Positions 54,770 through 64,000 of a stretch of DNA of 64,000 nucleotides are shown here, piece by piece. Location of the stretch: positions 124,001 to 188,000 of the forward strand of contig CP060772.1 in assembly GCA_023205875.1 (NCBI GenBank), read 5' to 3'. Position 1 is the stretch's first letter; each line of letters opens with the position of its first letter. This DNA comes from Chloropicon primus (taxonomy: Eukaryota). The position numbers were made by a program, and so were the translations under genes. A model generated the notes under the pieces. That model saw only the letters and a program-made list of their open reading frames with translations. It was not told the DNA's origin and did no database searches.

Positions 54770-55770
54770 TTGAGGAAGGGCAAGTCGGGGAAGGGATCGA
54801 TTCAATCCATCGACCAACGACAACAACGAACGACAGGGCCAGGGCCAGGCGAGAGGCGCGCGTTCCAGGAAAAGTAACGTCACGGTCAGAACAATTTTGA
54901 CCGCGTATTTTCAGAGTAAGACACGTTATCATCCTCGTCAGCGGAAAGGTCGTCTCGAATCCTAAGAAGGAATCTCTACGTAGGGATTCGCTTTCTGGGG
55001 TGACGGCTTACCGATTTTTGAGAGACGTTATCTACAATAGAGGTTTTCGAGAAGTAATGACATGATTCAAATATTTAAAATAGTATGTGATGTTTAGTAC
55101 ATAAATACTGAATACATTCCATAGAAGACGTTCATCGGGACGTTCAAATGTGACGTCTCTGGTACCGTCGTGACGAACGAGATGAAGACGAACGAAAGAT
55201 GCGGATCAGACAGTTCTGCCACGACGACGAGGACGAGGACGACAACGACGACGACGACGAGGACGACGACGCGTGCATCACGAGCGTTACTCCTCCTCCT
55301 CATCCTTCTACGGTATTGTCTCGTCCATCCCGCATTCACGAGGACGCTGGCTGTCGACTCGAGACGACTCCGGGTTTTGGGAAAAGCCATTTATTTCCAT
55401 TCGGTTCGATTCCCGTGGGAACTTGTTGGTTTTTGTTCGACGATTCGAGCGGATTGAGGATCACCACCACTATCCTCTCTCTCTCTCTCTGTCTCTCTCG
55501 TATTGATATTGATATCGATATCGATATTGAGTATCATCGCGAGCTGGCTTTGGTTTGGTTTGACAACCAAGGCACCCACCACCACTGAGGCTCTGGACGA
55601 CCAGCACCAGCGGCGGCATCGAATCGAATTCAAATCGGTTTCGGTTTCGTTCATACAGTTGGTTTTCTTTTTGGATTGGGTTGGATTGGGTTGGATTCGC
55701 GGTCAGCATCATTCGACAGCTCATCAAAATCACCACCACCACCTCTTATCACCACCACCGCCACCTCGTG

Positions 55771-56961
55771 ATGGCATCATCATCATCAGCATCATCATCA
55801 GCAGCATCAGCATCAGCATCAGCATCCCTGGGAGGAACGGGAGTCGGAACGGGAGTCCGCAGGATCTCGCAAGAGATGCTACATCAACGACGTAGCTCCC
55901 CACCCCCGAGCCCGGCCAAGGCGGTCAGCAGGATCGCTTCCGCGCCCTGCAGGCTCCACGAGCAGGATCCCTCTCTCTCTCCCTCCCCGCCTTCGTCGAA
56001 GGCGCCGGAGTGCTACCTGCCCAAGGCCGATGCGGTGATCGGCCACAGGGGACTCGGCAGCAACCTCGGGCCCAAGTCCCTGGACACGCTGGAGGGATAC
56101 TTCGCGGGAAGGATAAGGGAGAACACCATGCTGTCGTTCAAGACCGCGGCGACGTGCGGGGCGGACTTCGTGGAGCTCGACGTCCAGGTGACCAAGGACG
56201 GAGTCCCGGTCGTCTGGCACGACGACTGGATCCACTACAAGCACTTTGGGGAGGAGGAGAAGGTGATGACGAGGACGATCCGCGAGATGACCATCGCGGA
56301 GTTCAAGCAGCTGTCGTACATGGCCACCGTGTGCCCGGAGAGGCCCGTCGTCCTGATGAGGAAGTTCGACAAGAAGAGCGACGAGTTCCGGCCGTGGGTG
56401 TGCAGGCAGGAAGACGAGCTCCCCACCCTGGAGACGGTGCTGAAGGGTCTGCCCATCTACGTGGGAATCAACCTCGAGCTCAAGTTCGAGGACGAGCACA
56501 CCCACGTGGAGAGGAAGGAGCTGGAGGACAGGATCGCAGCGATCATGGCCTGCCTGGACCAGCACTGCAGCGCGGGGAGGAAGATCGTCCTCTCCAGCTT
56601 CTCGCCAGACGCTTGCACGATCGTGTCCGAGCTCAACCCGGTGTACCCCCTGATGATGCTCACGGACGCCGGGGTGATCAAGTACGAGGACGAGAGGAGG
56701 AACAGCCTGGAGGCTGCCAAAAAGCTCGCCGTGGACCTCAAGCTGGCCGGCGTCGTCCTGCTGAGCCACGTGATCCCCGACGCCTCGATGCTTCGGGACT
56801 TTGCGGCGCAGGGGCTCCTGTTCATGTCATACGGGGAGAGGAACAACGACGGGGCGTACTCCCTGAACCAGCTGACCATGGGAATGCGCGGGGTCATCGT
56901 GGACGACGTCCTCGGGGTTCACAACGCCGTCTCCGCGAGGGCGGCCCTTTCCTTGGCCTGA
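55771..56961 (+). CDS. Glycerophosphodiester phosphodiesterase (GDPD/GDE1-like)
   Basis: VIGHRGLG, RENTMLSF, FVELDVQVTKDGVPVVWHD, INLELKF, SSFSPD, GVIVD. Confidence 0.92.
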   Translation: MASSSSASSSAASASASASLGGTGVGTGVRRISQEMLHQRRSSPPPSPAKAVSRIASAPCRLHEQDPSLSPSPPSSKAPECYLPKADAVIGHRGLGSNLGPKSLDTLEGYFAGRIRENTMLSFKTAATCGADFVELDVQVTKDGVPVVWHDDWIHYKHFGEEEKVMTRTIREMTIAEFKQLSYMATVCPERPVVLMRKFDKKSDEFRPWVCRQEDELPTLETVLKGLPIYVGINLELKFEDEHTHVERKELEDRIAAIMACLDQHCSAGRKIVLSSFSPDACTIVSELNPVYPLMMLTDAGVIKYEDERRNSLEAAKKLAVDLKLAGVVLLSHVIPDASMLRDFAAQGLLFMSYGERNNDGAYSLNQLTMGMRGVIVDDVLGVHNAVSARAALSLA

Positions 56962-57132
56962 GGCTCACCACACATTCTCTTATCATTCCCTGATTCATTC
57001 ATTCAATGCACAACGCCATTCGGTTACGTTTAAGTCTCCGCCACCTTTGCGAGAGACAGAGGAGGTAAAAATAAATAACATTTGCATTATCAATACACAA
57101 TTCGATATTTCGATTTCGATTTCGATTCGTCG

Positions 57133-58755
57133 TCACGTGCAGAGGCCCGACTGCTTGGACAGGTGAAGGATGCGGAGCACCAAGGTGTCGAACCCCCAAT
57201 CGTGCTTCTTGCTCATCCTGTGGTCCCTGTTCCCAAAGTGACCCCCGCCGACGGCATGCTTCTCGTCGTAGGACAGGCCAAAGACGCCGATCTTGTTGCA
57301 CATGAGCTGAGCCATGAGGACGGCGTGGAGGCCCGAGTTGATGTTGTGAGGACACTGGAAGGGCCCCAAACCGAGCCTGACCATCTCCCTCCTCAGAGCA
57401 AAGTAGACCTTGACCTGCCAATTGATGAGGAAGGGAGAGGTCATCCGGATCGGGGCATCCTTGTGGTTCCTCTCCGCTCCCGGGATGTAGTGCCGAGACA
57501 CGTCGTGCCAGAACAGCCAGAGCTCATCCTTGCTCGTCGGCTTCACCTTGAGCCTGCCCGTGGCGAGCCCGAAGCTCGGCAGCTTGCTGAACAGGCGAAT
57601 GGTCGTCTTGTGGCCGCTCCTCTTGGGAAACTTCTTCTCAGGATTCGTCCCCTGGACGTGATTGAACCTGAACACCGCGTCGTACTTGTCGATCTGCTCG
57701 CCAAACTTGTCCGCCCCGAGCGACGGGGCGTTGCCCACGATGGCGCAAGTCTTGAAGCGCTTCCCAGGAAAGATGTCTTTGCGGTCCCGCAGCTCGAACC
57801 TCTCCAGGCCCGAGGCCCTGGTGATCATGTCCCTGTCCCTCCTCGTGAGCCGCTCCACTCCCGTCTCCAAGTTCCCAAAGCCTGTGGGACAAGTCTTCAA
57901 GTTCATCGCCATGCACCTCGGCTTCTCGTGCCTCAGGAAGTAAATGCCGTCGAACTTGGACAATGTCTTCTCGATCAGATCGAACTCGGCGCCGGTGAAG
58001 CCGCCGCACTTCTTCCCGGCCTTCAGGCACTGGACCAGGAGCTCCTCCCCCCTGTCCAGCGGCCCGGTGACGTTGATGCTCTTCTCCGTCTCGCAGAACT
58101 GGTCCAGGGGGTGGAAGACGAGGTTTTGCAGCCTGCTGCTCCTTCCCTGCTGCTGGAGCCTCCGACTGGCGTTGAAGGATCCTTCCCGCTCCTCCTCCTC
58201 CTCCTCAACCCGGACCCTGGCCTCCTCCAGGACAGGAGCAGGAGCCACCCGCTCGGGCTTCCACATGTGCTTGCTCCCCTTGCACTCCCTCTGGTCCTTC
58301 ATGGACGCCCTCTGCTTCCGATTTCTTTTGCTCCTCTCCACTATGATCGTGGACATGGCGTTCTTCCTCAGCCTCGCTTCCCTCTCCCTCCTCGCCCTCT
58401 CCTTCCTCCGCAGCTCTTCCTCCAGATGCTTGTCATAAGCGCGAGGGATGAACCGCCTCTTTCCCTCGATCGCTGGACTGAACGTCGATTGAACGAACTG
58501 GTACTTGGGCAGCACACCCTTGGCTTTGGCAATCTGGCTCTTCTTGATCGGCTTGGTGGCCCCCGAGTTGCTCCGGAACAACTTTGGGATGTGAAGCTCT
58601 GGCATGTACACCGTCCTTCTCGACGTCTTCATGTTGAAGTAGGTCGTCTTCGGTCGGTTCTTCCGAGCCCCCTCCACGACGTTGGTGGAGCTGCAGGCTA
58701 CCAACAGGAGTACCACCAGCCACAATGTGCCAAACTTCCATAAGCAGCTCGGCAT
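57133..58755 (-). CDS. Glycosyltransferase family 29 (sialyltransferase-like), type II membrane protein
   Basis: Sialylmotif L TCAIVGNAPSL...GEQIDKYDAVFRFN...GHKTTIR; motif S SGLHAVLMAQLMCNKIGVFG; N-terminal anchor. Confidence 0.85.
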   Translation of the reverse strand: MPSCLWKFGTLWLVVLLLVACSSTNVVEGARKNRPKTTYFNMKTSRRTVYMPELHIPKLFRSNSGATKPIKKSQIAKAKGVLPKYQFVQSTFSPAIEGKRRFIPRAYDKHLEEELRRKERARREREARLRKNAMSTIIVERSKRNRKQRASMKDQRECKGSKHMWKPERVAPAPVLEEARVRVEEEEEEREGSFNASRRLQQQGRSSRLQNLVFHPLDQFCETEKSINVTGPLDRGEELLVQCLKAGKKCGGFTGAEFDLIEKTLSKFDGIYFLRHEKPRCMAMNLKTCPTGFGNLETGVERLTRRDRDMITRASGLERFELRDRKDIFPGKRFKTCAIVGNAPSLGADKFGEQIDKYDAVFRFNHVQGTNPEKKFPKRSGHKTTIRLFSKLPSFGLATGRLKVKPTSKDELWLFWHDVSRHYIPGAERNHKDAPIRMTSPFLINWQVKVYFALRREMVRLGLGPFQCPHNINSGLHAVLMAQLMCNKIGVFGLSYDEKHAVGGGHFGNRDHRMSKKHDWGFDTLVLRILHLSKQSGLCT

Positions 58756-59607
58756 CCTCCAGGTCTCCCACGACGGTCATGTACTCAGGACTGCTTGCAC
58801 TCCTCCGCCCGAAGGGAAGGCAAACCAAGGACGCACTGATGAGAGGTGTGAGGATCACCACAAGCCTCTGCAAGTGATGGTGGCCAGACTTCCCCTCCTC
58901 TGCTCCTCGTGGACCTGCGTGTGCAGACCAGACCTGTGTGTGTGTGTGTGTGGGTGCAGACCTGTGTGCAGAGACACCAAACTCCCAAGGTTGCACGGGC
59001 AACCACCTGCAAGAAAGCTGAGAAAAGGATGAAGCGGGAAGGATGCAGGACCCAGAAAATGTATCCAGGTTCGCCTCAGAAAGAGAGCAACTCAAACGCC
59101 TTTCTCCTCCCTGTACCACAAGGCCAAGCCACCACCTCACACCACTTGTGGGTAGAAGACAAAGAGTTTCGTGTTTCAGTCTCTCAGAACTTCACCCGAG
59201 CGCCATCTTCGTCAAGTGAGGTGTCTCTGGAAAGAGGAAGACTTCAAGATTCTATCTTTGACGACCTCTTTGTCATCAACGTCCTCCCTCTGCTCCAAAA
59301 CATCGCCTCAGGCTTCCCCTTTGCCTCCAGACTCACCTTGAGCAAAAATTGGAGAGAAAACACACTCGTGTCGCCTTCTTAATCCCCGAGTTCTGGAATT
59401 CTGGAGAGAATTGGGAGAGTTTTGACTTTTGACGACGAATCGAGCATCTGGAGCGGTGAACGAGGGAGAGGTCGCATGATTACTGGATAGAGCATCTTGC
59501 GAGCTTTCGCTGGGTACCTTACTTGACCCATTTGAGTCACGGAGCGATCGGCTACAAGTGTTTTTGTCTCGTTTTCTTCGTGTTCATTGAGGCGAGGGTC
59601 GGGGAAT

Positions 59608-60215
59608 ATGCTTCGACTGCATCCTTTGTCGAGGTCGTTGCGATGCTTGGAGTCGAGGATCGCATCGATAACGCCGTCATCTCGCGTCCTGCGGATGGTC
59701 TCCTCTTTTGCTGCTCCATCCCCGCCTCACGGCTTCCAGAAGAGGAGCTCCTCCGGAGCGTCCAGCAGCAGCAGCAGCACAGTCACCAGAGCTCTGTCCG
59801 GCGAGATAGAGGTCGAGTATTGCGTGAAGTGAAACTACCAGCCTCGCTACGATTACGTGTGCGAGGCAATACAGCGGGAGTTCCCCAACCGATTCACTTT
59901 CTCTGCGAACCCTGAGGTGAGAGGACAAAGGACAAAGGATATATTATGGCCCCCCTCCCTCTCTCTCTCTCCCTCCCCACCTCCTGATCGTCTGACCCAA
60001 GTGCTCGTCTCTGTCTCTCTTCCTCCGTGAACCAGGAGCCCAGGACGGGAGCGTTCGAGGTGACCTTGAAGCCGTCCTCGGGGGACGACGACGGGGGCGT
60101 GCTCCTGTGGTCCAAGCTGCAAGTCGGAGAGCCGAGCAGCTCGGAGCCGAACGCGCTCAAAGCCGTGTCGAGGGCTATATTGATGGAGTTGAAGACGGAG
60201 CTGAACAGGAGATAA
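59608..60215 (+). CDS. Rdx-family (SelW/SelT/SelH-like) selenoprotein with CxxU; exons 59608-59916, 60036-60215; Sec TGA at 59830-59832
   Basis: IEVEYCVK-U-NYQPRY...PRTGAFEV...LLWSKL is the Rdx signature; phase-0 intron; SECIS in the 3' UTR. Confidence 0.85.
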
Positions 60216-60275
60216 CACCACATGATGGTCACGACCCTAAACGAAGTAACCGATGGGTCGAACCTGAAACAACTT
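60216..60275 (+). promoter_or_regulatory. SECIS element (form-2-like)
   Basis: AUGA (60222), helix GGUCACGACCC/GGGUCGAACC, AAA apical bulge, closing UGA (GA at 60266-60267). Confidence 0.8.
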
Positions 60276-60432
60276 TGTTGCTTCTTGTTATAACAAAAAC
60301 GCTTCGACTTTGACGATTCCTCGATTGATGTGCGCGCACGAATAGGGGGCAGGACGCTAAGAGAGTGGCTACAGCGAAAAGGAAACCTAAGTCTCTTGAT
60401 GATATCTGTCTCGACAAGAGTTTTAGTAGCTC

Positions 60433-60880
60433 TCACTCGGCAGGGGCCGCAGAAGCAGCGGCGGCAGCGGCGGTGGCGGCAGCTTCCTTCGCCTTGGCCT
60501 GCTCCGCCATCGCCTTGGTCTCCTCGGCTCTAAGTGCCTCCATTCTAGCCCTCATTTCAGCCTTCCTTGCATCACGCGCCGCTGCAAGCTCCTTTGGACT
60601 CGCCGCCTCGGCAACGCCCGCGCGCAGCACTCCGGCGCCCACGATGCCCGCGGTGAGCGACAAGAATACGTCCCTGTGCAACGCGTTAGCGACCATCGCA
60701 AAAGAGATATCGGAGCTTCTAAACCGGTGGCCCAGCTTCTTTTCCGGATCACTTGGCTTACCTTCGAGAAGTTCTATTGCTGCTGGTGCTTCCCTGCGTT
60801 GCTGCCATCGAGGACACGGTCCTTGGCCTCGCCACTGGCCTTGATCGGGCGACCGCCATTGCTCGGTTCATAACTGCCAT
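60433..60880 (-). CDS. Small thylakoid-lumen protein with a bipartite transit peptide and twin-arginine signal; exons 60880-60762, 60673-60433
   Basis: Spliced product MAVMNRAMAVARSRPVAR...TSRRDVFLSLTAGIVGAGVLRAGVAEA-ASPKELAAARDARK...; RR + hydrophobic core + AxA; phase-2 intron. Confidence 0.7.
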
Positions 60881-61053
60881 GTCTCAACACAGTCCGTCTG
60901 CCGCAAAAGAAGAAGAGGGGGAGGAGGAGAGCATTCGATTGGTCAGCCCCACACAACTACCACCAGCACCGGCAGCACTCGTTCTCGTTCTCGCCACTGG
61001 AGGAGTCCACAAAACTTTTCCTTGCTCAAGCCATCAAACTCGAAGCGCAGAGA

Positions 61054-61092
<39 letters not shown>

Positions 61093-62226
61093 GAGAGGAG
61101 GCAACTCAAGGACACCTCATCAAGAGATTAAGAGAGACTAGGGAGACTAGGGAGACAGGGAGGGAGACTCCTCTGCCTCTGTCGTCGTCGTCGGCCGACG
61201 CCAACCTCTCCAGGGGTTTGTGCGTGACGCTTCGCTCGTTGCTTCAGAAGCGGTGGGTGGTGCTGGACTTGGCTTTGCGTCACTCGCATGACGATCAGAG
61301 CTTCTCCTTCACCGTGACTCCCCATCCCATCTTCCTCCACCCTTTGCCAAGCCTGGAAGCACCCATCCCTCGACATCTCTCAGCCTCTCGCATCCTCTCC
61401 AGACCTCCATCCGCTTCGAGCGACGGCTCTTTCGAAAGATCACGACACAACACTTCTATTCATCACTCGCTTGTCCGCTCCCCACGCTTACGCTCTCGCG
61501 CACTCACCTTCGAAGTTGGCAGCAACGGAACCCAAACAAAAGGAAAACGATTTGTTTTTAGTCTCTCCTGTTGTCAAACTTTCGCCATTCTTCACAAGTG
61601 AGAGCTCTTTCGAAAGGTTGTGAAAGAAGGAAGCCATGTGCGCCCCTCACTCCCTCCGGCCTCACCTCCCTCACCTCCCTCGCTCCCTGTTCTTTCCCGA
61701 TGACTCTGAGCTCCCGATTGGATCGACAATCTTATCTTCTTCAGCCGGAAGGAGATCTCCATTTTTCCTTCAAGGTTTGGAGCTCAAGCTCAAGCTCGTG
61801 CCATTGCGATGCAATGGGCCAAGGCAATGCCGTTACCAATCATGGGATGACGCTTGGTGAAAGGTGGAAAGGACTTTGCTCTTACTCTTTGCTCTTACTC
61901 TCTCCGTCTTTCTCTATGTCTCTCTCTCTTTGGTTTGTCTTTCTGGTTTCTTCTCGCACGGGACCGGGACCTCAGCACTTTTGACATCCGATGAATTTGA
62001 TCACACCCTTGCGATGATGATGATGATGATGAAGAGTTGGTGTCCTATAATACAACAAGAGTCCTTCTCTCTCCCTCTCCCTCCCCCTCTCCCTCTCTGT
62101 GTGTGTGGCCTGTGCTTATTATTTTAGTAGTGGTACAAAAAAACTTGGACAAAAACCTAAACCTTGCCCTGCCCAGCCTCCTCCTTCCCTAAAACACACT
62201 CTTCCCTTTCCCCTCGCTCCGCTCCT

Positions 62227-63993
62227 CTAGTTGCGGGAGTATTGGGCGAACAGCAGGGGCTCCAGCATGCCTTGCAACTGGATCAGCTCCTCCTGGGCTT
62301 TCATCTCGCTGTGGACTCTCTCGTACAACTGCATGACTTTGGTGTCGAACTCGTTCGAGATGCCAACGACCTGAGTGTACAGGTCGAAGAGAGCGTGGGC
62401 GATGGGAACGCTCACTTTCATGGTGCGGGGATCGGCGACGTACTTGCAGAGGCACTTCATGATGGGCTGCAGGCTCGAGGCGTTCCTCTGGGAGAGGGCC
62501 GACTGGAGGGCGTGGCCATCGCCGCCCTGGGCGCAGAGCTGCTCCAGCACGGCGAGGACTATGCTGGGGTCCCGCGTCTGGAGCGACTGGTCCAAAGCTT
62601 CCCTGTACCTGAACTTCTTCAGGCTCTTGTCAAAGGGCTTGAGGTTGACCTTCTTCGGCTTGCTTGCCACGGCAATCGAAGTGTCGTTCACCTGGTCCTC
62701 GCTCAGCTTGTAGTTCTGGCCTCTCAGAAAGTACCTGTAAGAATTCGCCGTCAGCATGTTTCTCCACCTCGGCCTCCTGCCTTGCCCGTCCGAGGAGCTC
62801 CTCAGGAGGTGATGCTCGGCCAGCTCCCCCGGGGTCTCGCCCCCCGCGCCGTAGTGCGAAGGCCGCTTCTTCTTCGGCCTCGATCTCACGGCAAGCACGC
62901 CGTTGGCCATCCCAACCGCAAGCTGGTTCGCGCCCGGAGTGCAGTCGAAAGACAGAACTGGGTTTGGATACTTGGTGGAGTGCACGAGGCCAAAGGTATC
63001 CAGCTCGTACACCTTGACGTGGCCGTCGACCGATCCAGTCAGCAACCTCGGCCCGGACTTCCAGCTCCTCCTTTCCGCTCCCCCCTCCTCCCCCTCCTCC
63101 TCCTCCCGCGTCTCCCGGTGGATCATCACGTGTCTCACTGTCGTCACCGTCTTCTGGTGGCTGTCCAAGGACGCCATGAGCTTGCCGCTGAGGATGTCCC
63201 ACATCCTCACCTTGGTGGACCCGCAAGAGACGGCCATGGTCCCGGACGGAAGGATGAGAACGTCCTCCACCGGCGATTCCGAGGCGTGGACCCAAGAGCG
63301 GACAGGATCCTTCGTCCTCGCATCCCAAAGGAAGCACCTGTGATCGTACCCCCCCGTCAGGAATATGTTCGGATCCCCCCTTGAGGTGCTCACGCTCCTG
63401 CAGTAATCCGAGTGCCCCCCAAAGGTGGCCACCTGGTCACCCAGAGTGATGTCCCAATACTTCACGAGAGCGTCGTCGCCACCCGTCACGAGGTGCGTGT
63501 TATTCCCGCCCCCCATGAACCTCACGCTCTGCACAGGCTTCCCGTTCTGAGAGTGGTGGAGCTGCCTGAGGACATCCCTCGACTTGTCGACCGAAAACAG
63601 CTGGACCACGCCAGTGTCGCTCCCTGCCGCCACCATACGCCCGTCTCTCCGAAAGGTCCCGCCATACGCCGTCGAGGAGAACCGTGTGAACTGCTTCTTC
63701 AACCTCTGCGTGTAATAGTCGTAGAGCAGCAGCCGGGTCGCACATGTCACCAGGAGGTCCCTCTTTGAAGTGAATACCCCGTGCCCACCGCCGTGACTCG
63801 CGCCAGAGCCGTCGTCGTCGTCCTCAAAAGGTATCGGTTGATACTCGCAGTGAGACACAACGCCGTGCTGCTGGATCAGCTGAGGTTGTTGCAGTTTCCT
63901 CCACCATTTCGTTTCAGGGCTCAATGTAGACGACCGGGAGGGCAAGGCATTGACCTTGACCTTCTCGTAGTCGCCCAAACTCGTTGCAGCCAT
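62227..63993 (-). CDS. UTP15: U3 snoRNA-associated protein 15 (WD40 + UTP15_C)
   Basis: ETKWWRK, KKQFTRF, FRRDGRM, GHSDYCR, HQKTVT, YRYFLRG, LKPFDKSLKKFRYREALD, QLQGMLE. Confidence 0.9.
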   Translation of the reverse strand: MAATSLGDYEKVKVNALPSRSSTLSPETKWWRKLQQPQLIQQHGVVSHCEYQPIPFEDDDDGSGASHGGGHGVFTSKRDLLVTCATRLLLYDYYTQRLKKQFTRFSSTAYGGTFRRDGRMVAAGSDTGVVQLFSVDKSRDVLRQLHHSQNGKPVQSVRFMGGGNNTHLVTGGDDALVKYWDITLGDQVATFGGHSDYCRSVSTSRGDPNIFLTGGYDHRCFLWDARTKDPVRSWVHASESPVEDVLILPSGTMAVSCGSTKVRMWDILSGKLMASLDSHQKTVTTVRHVMIHRETREEEEGEEGGAERRSWKSGPRLLTGSVDGHVKVYELDTFGLVHSTKYPNPVLSFDCTPGANQLAVGMANGVLAVRSRPKKKRPSHYGAGGETPGELAEHHLLRSSSDGQGRRPRWRNMLTANSYRYFLRGQNYKLSEDQVNDTSIAVASKPKKVNLKPFDKSLKKFRYREALDQSLQTRDPSIVLAVLEQLCAQGGDGHALQSALSQRNASSLQPIMKCLCKYVADPRTMKVSVPIAHALFDLYTQVVGISNEFDTKVMQLYERVHSEMKAQEELIQLQGMLEPLLFAQYSRN

Positions 63994-64000
63994 TTGGGTC

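Noticed and set aside
54970..54989. Palindrome GAATCTCTACGTAGGGATTC
   Set aside because: Isolated, with no second copy or supporting context.
61000..62200. ORFs in the long intergenic region (e.g. 60753-61601)
   Set aside because: Low-complexity, microsatellite-derived translations without coding bias.
1..64000. tRNA, rRNA or snRNA genes
   Set aside because: No recognisable signatures by eye; tRNAscan and Infernal would be needed to exclude them.

Overview
Gene-dense eukaryotic nuclear DNA with few, short GT-AG introns, GC-rich CDS and TTTTAGG-type telomeric repeats. This fits a compact picoplanktonic green alga (Chloropicon-like; an inference, not verified). About 30 protein-coding genes are supported: LCAT/PLA2, a katanin-like AAA ATPase, a TauD-like and a 2OG oxygenase, RNase T2, KNL2, kinesin-4, CFIm25, BUD13, an RNFT-like RING protein, a kinase, CRAL-TRIO, SCAMP, DDA1, RRP8, a 3-repeat MYB, an SLC25 carrier, FIG4, MARCH6/Doa10, MORN, GDPD, GT29, UTP15 and others. 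Highlights the ORF track does not show: (1) a single-ORF AdoMetDC-ODC fusion preceded by a 52-aa uORF that aligns without gaps to the plant AdoMetDC leader peptide, plus further overlapping uORFs; (2) a C-terminal Fanzor/TnpB fragment followed directly by an omega-RNA-like multi-stem structure; (3) an organelle-targeted Rdx/SelW-like selenoprotein (CxxU, in-frame TGA) with a SECIS; (4) a family of intergenic modules carrying a GAAAG(A/C)TC...GA(T/G)CTTTC motif at nucleosome-sized spacing (156-184 bp, often exactly 182); (5) a candidate structured ncRNA at about 40.9-41.3 kb. All family calls come from motif recognition by eye; no searches were run.
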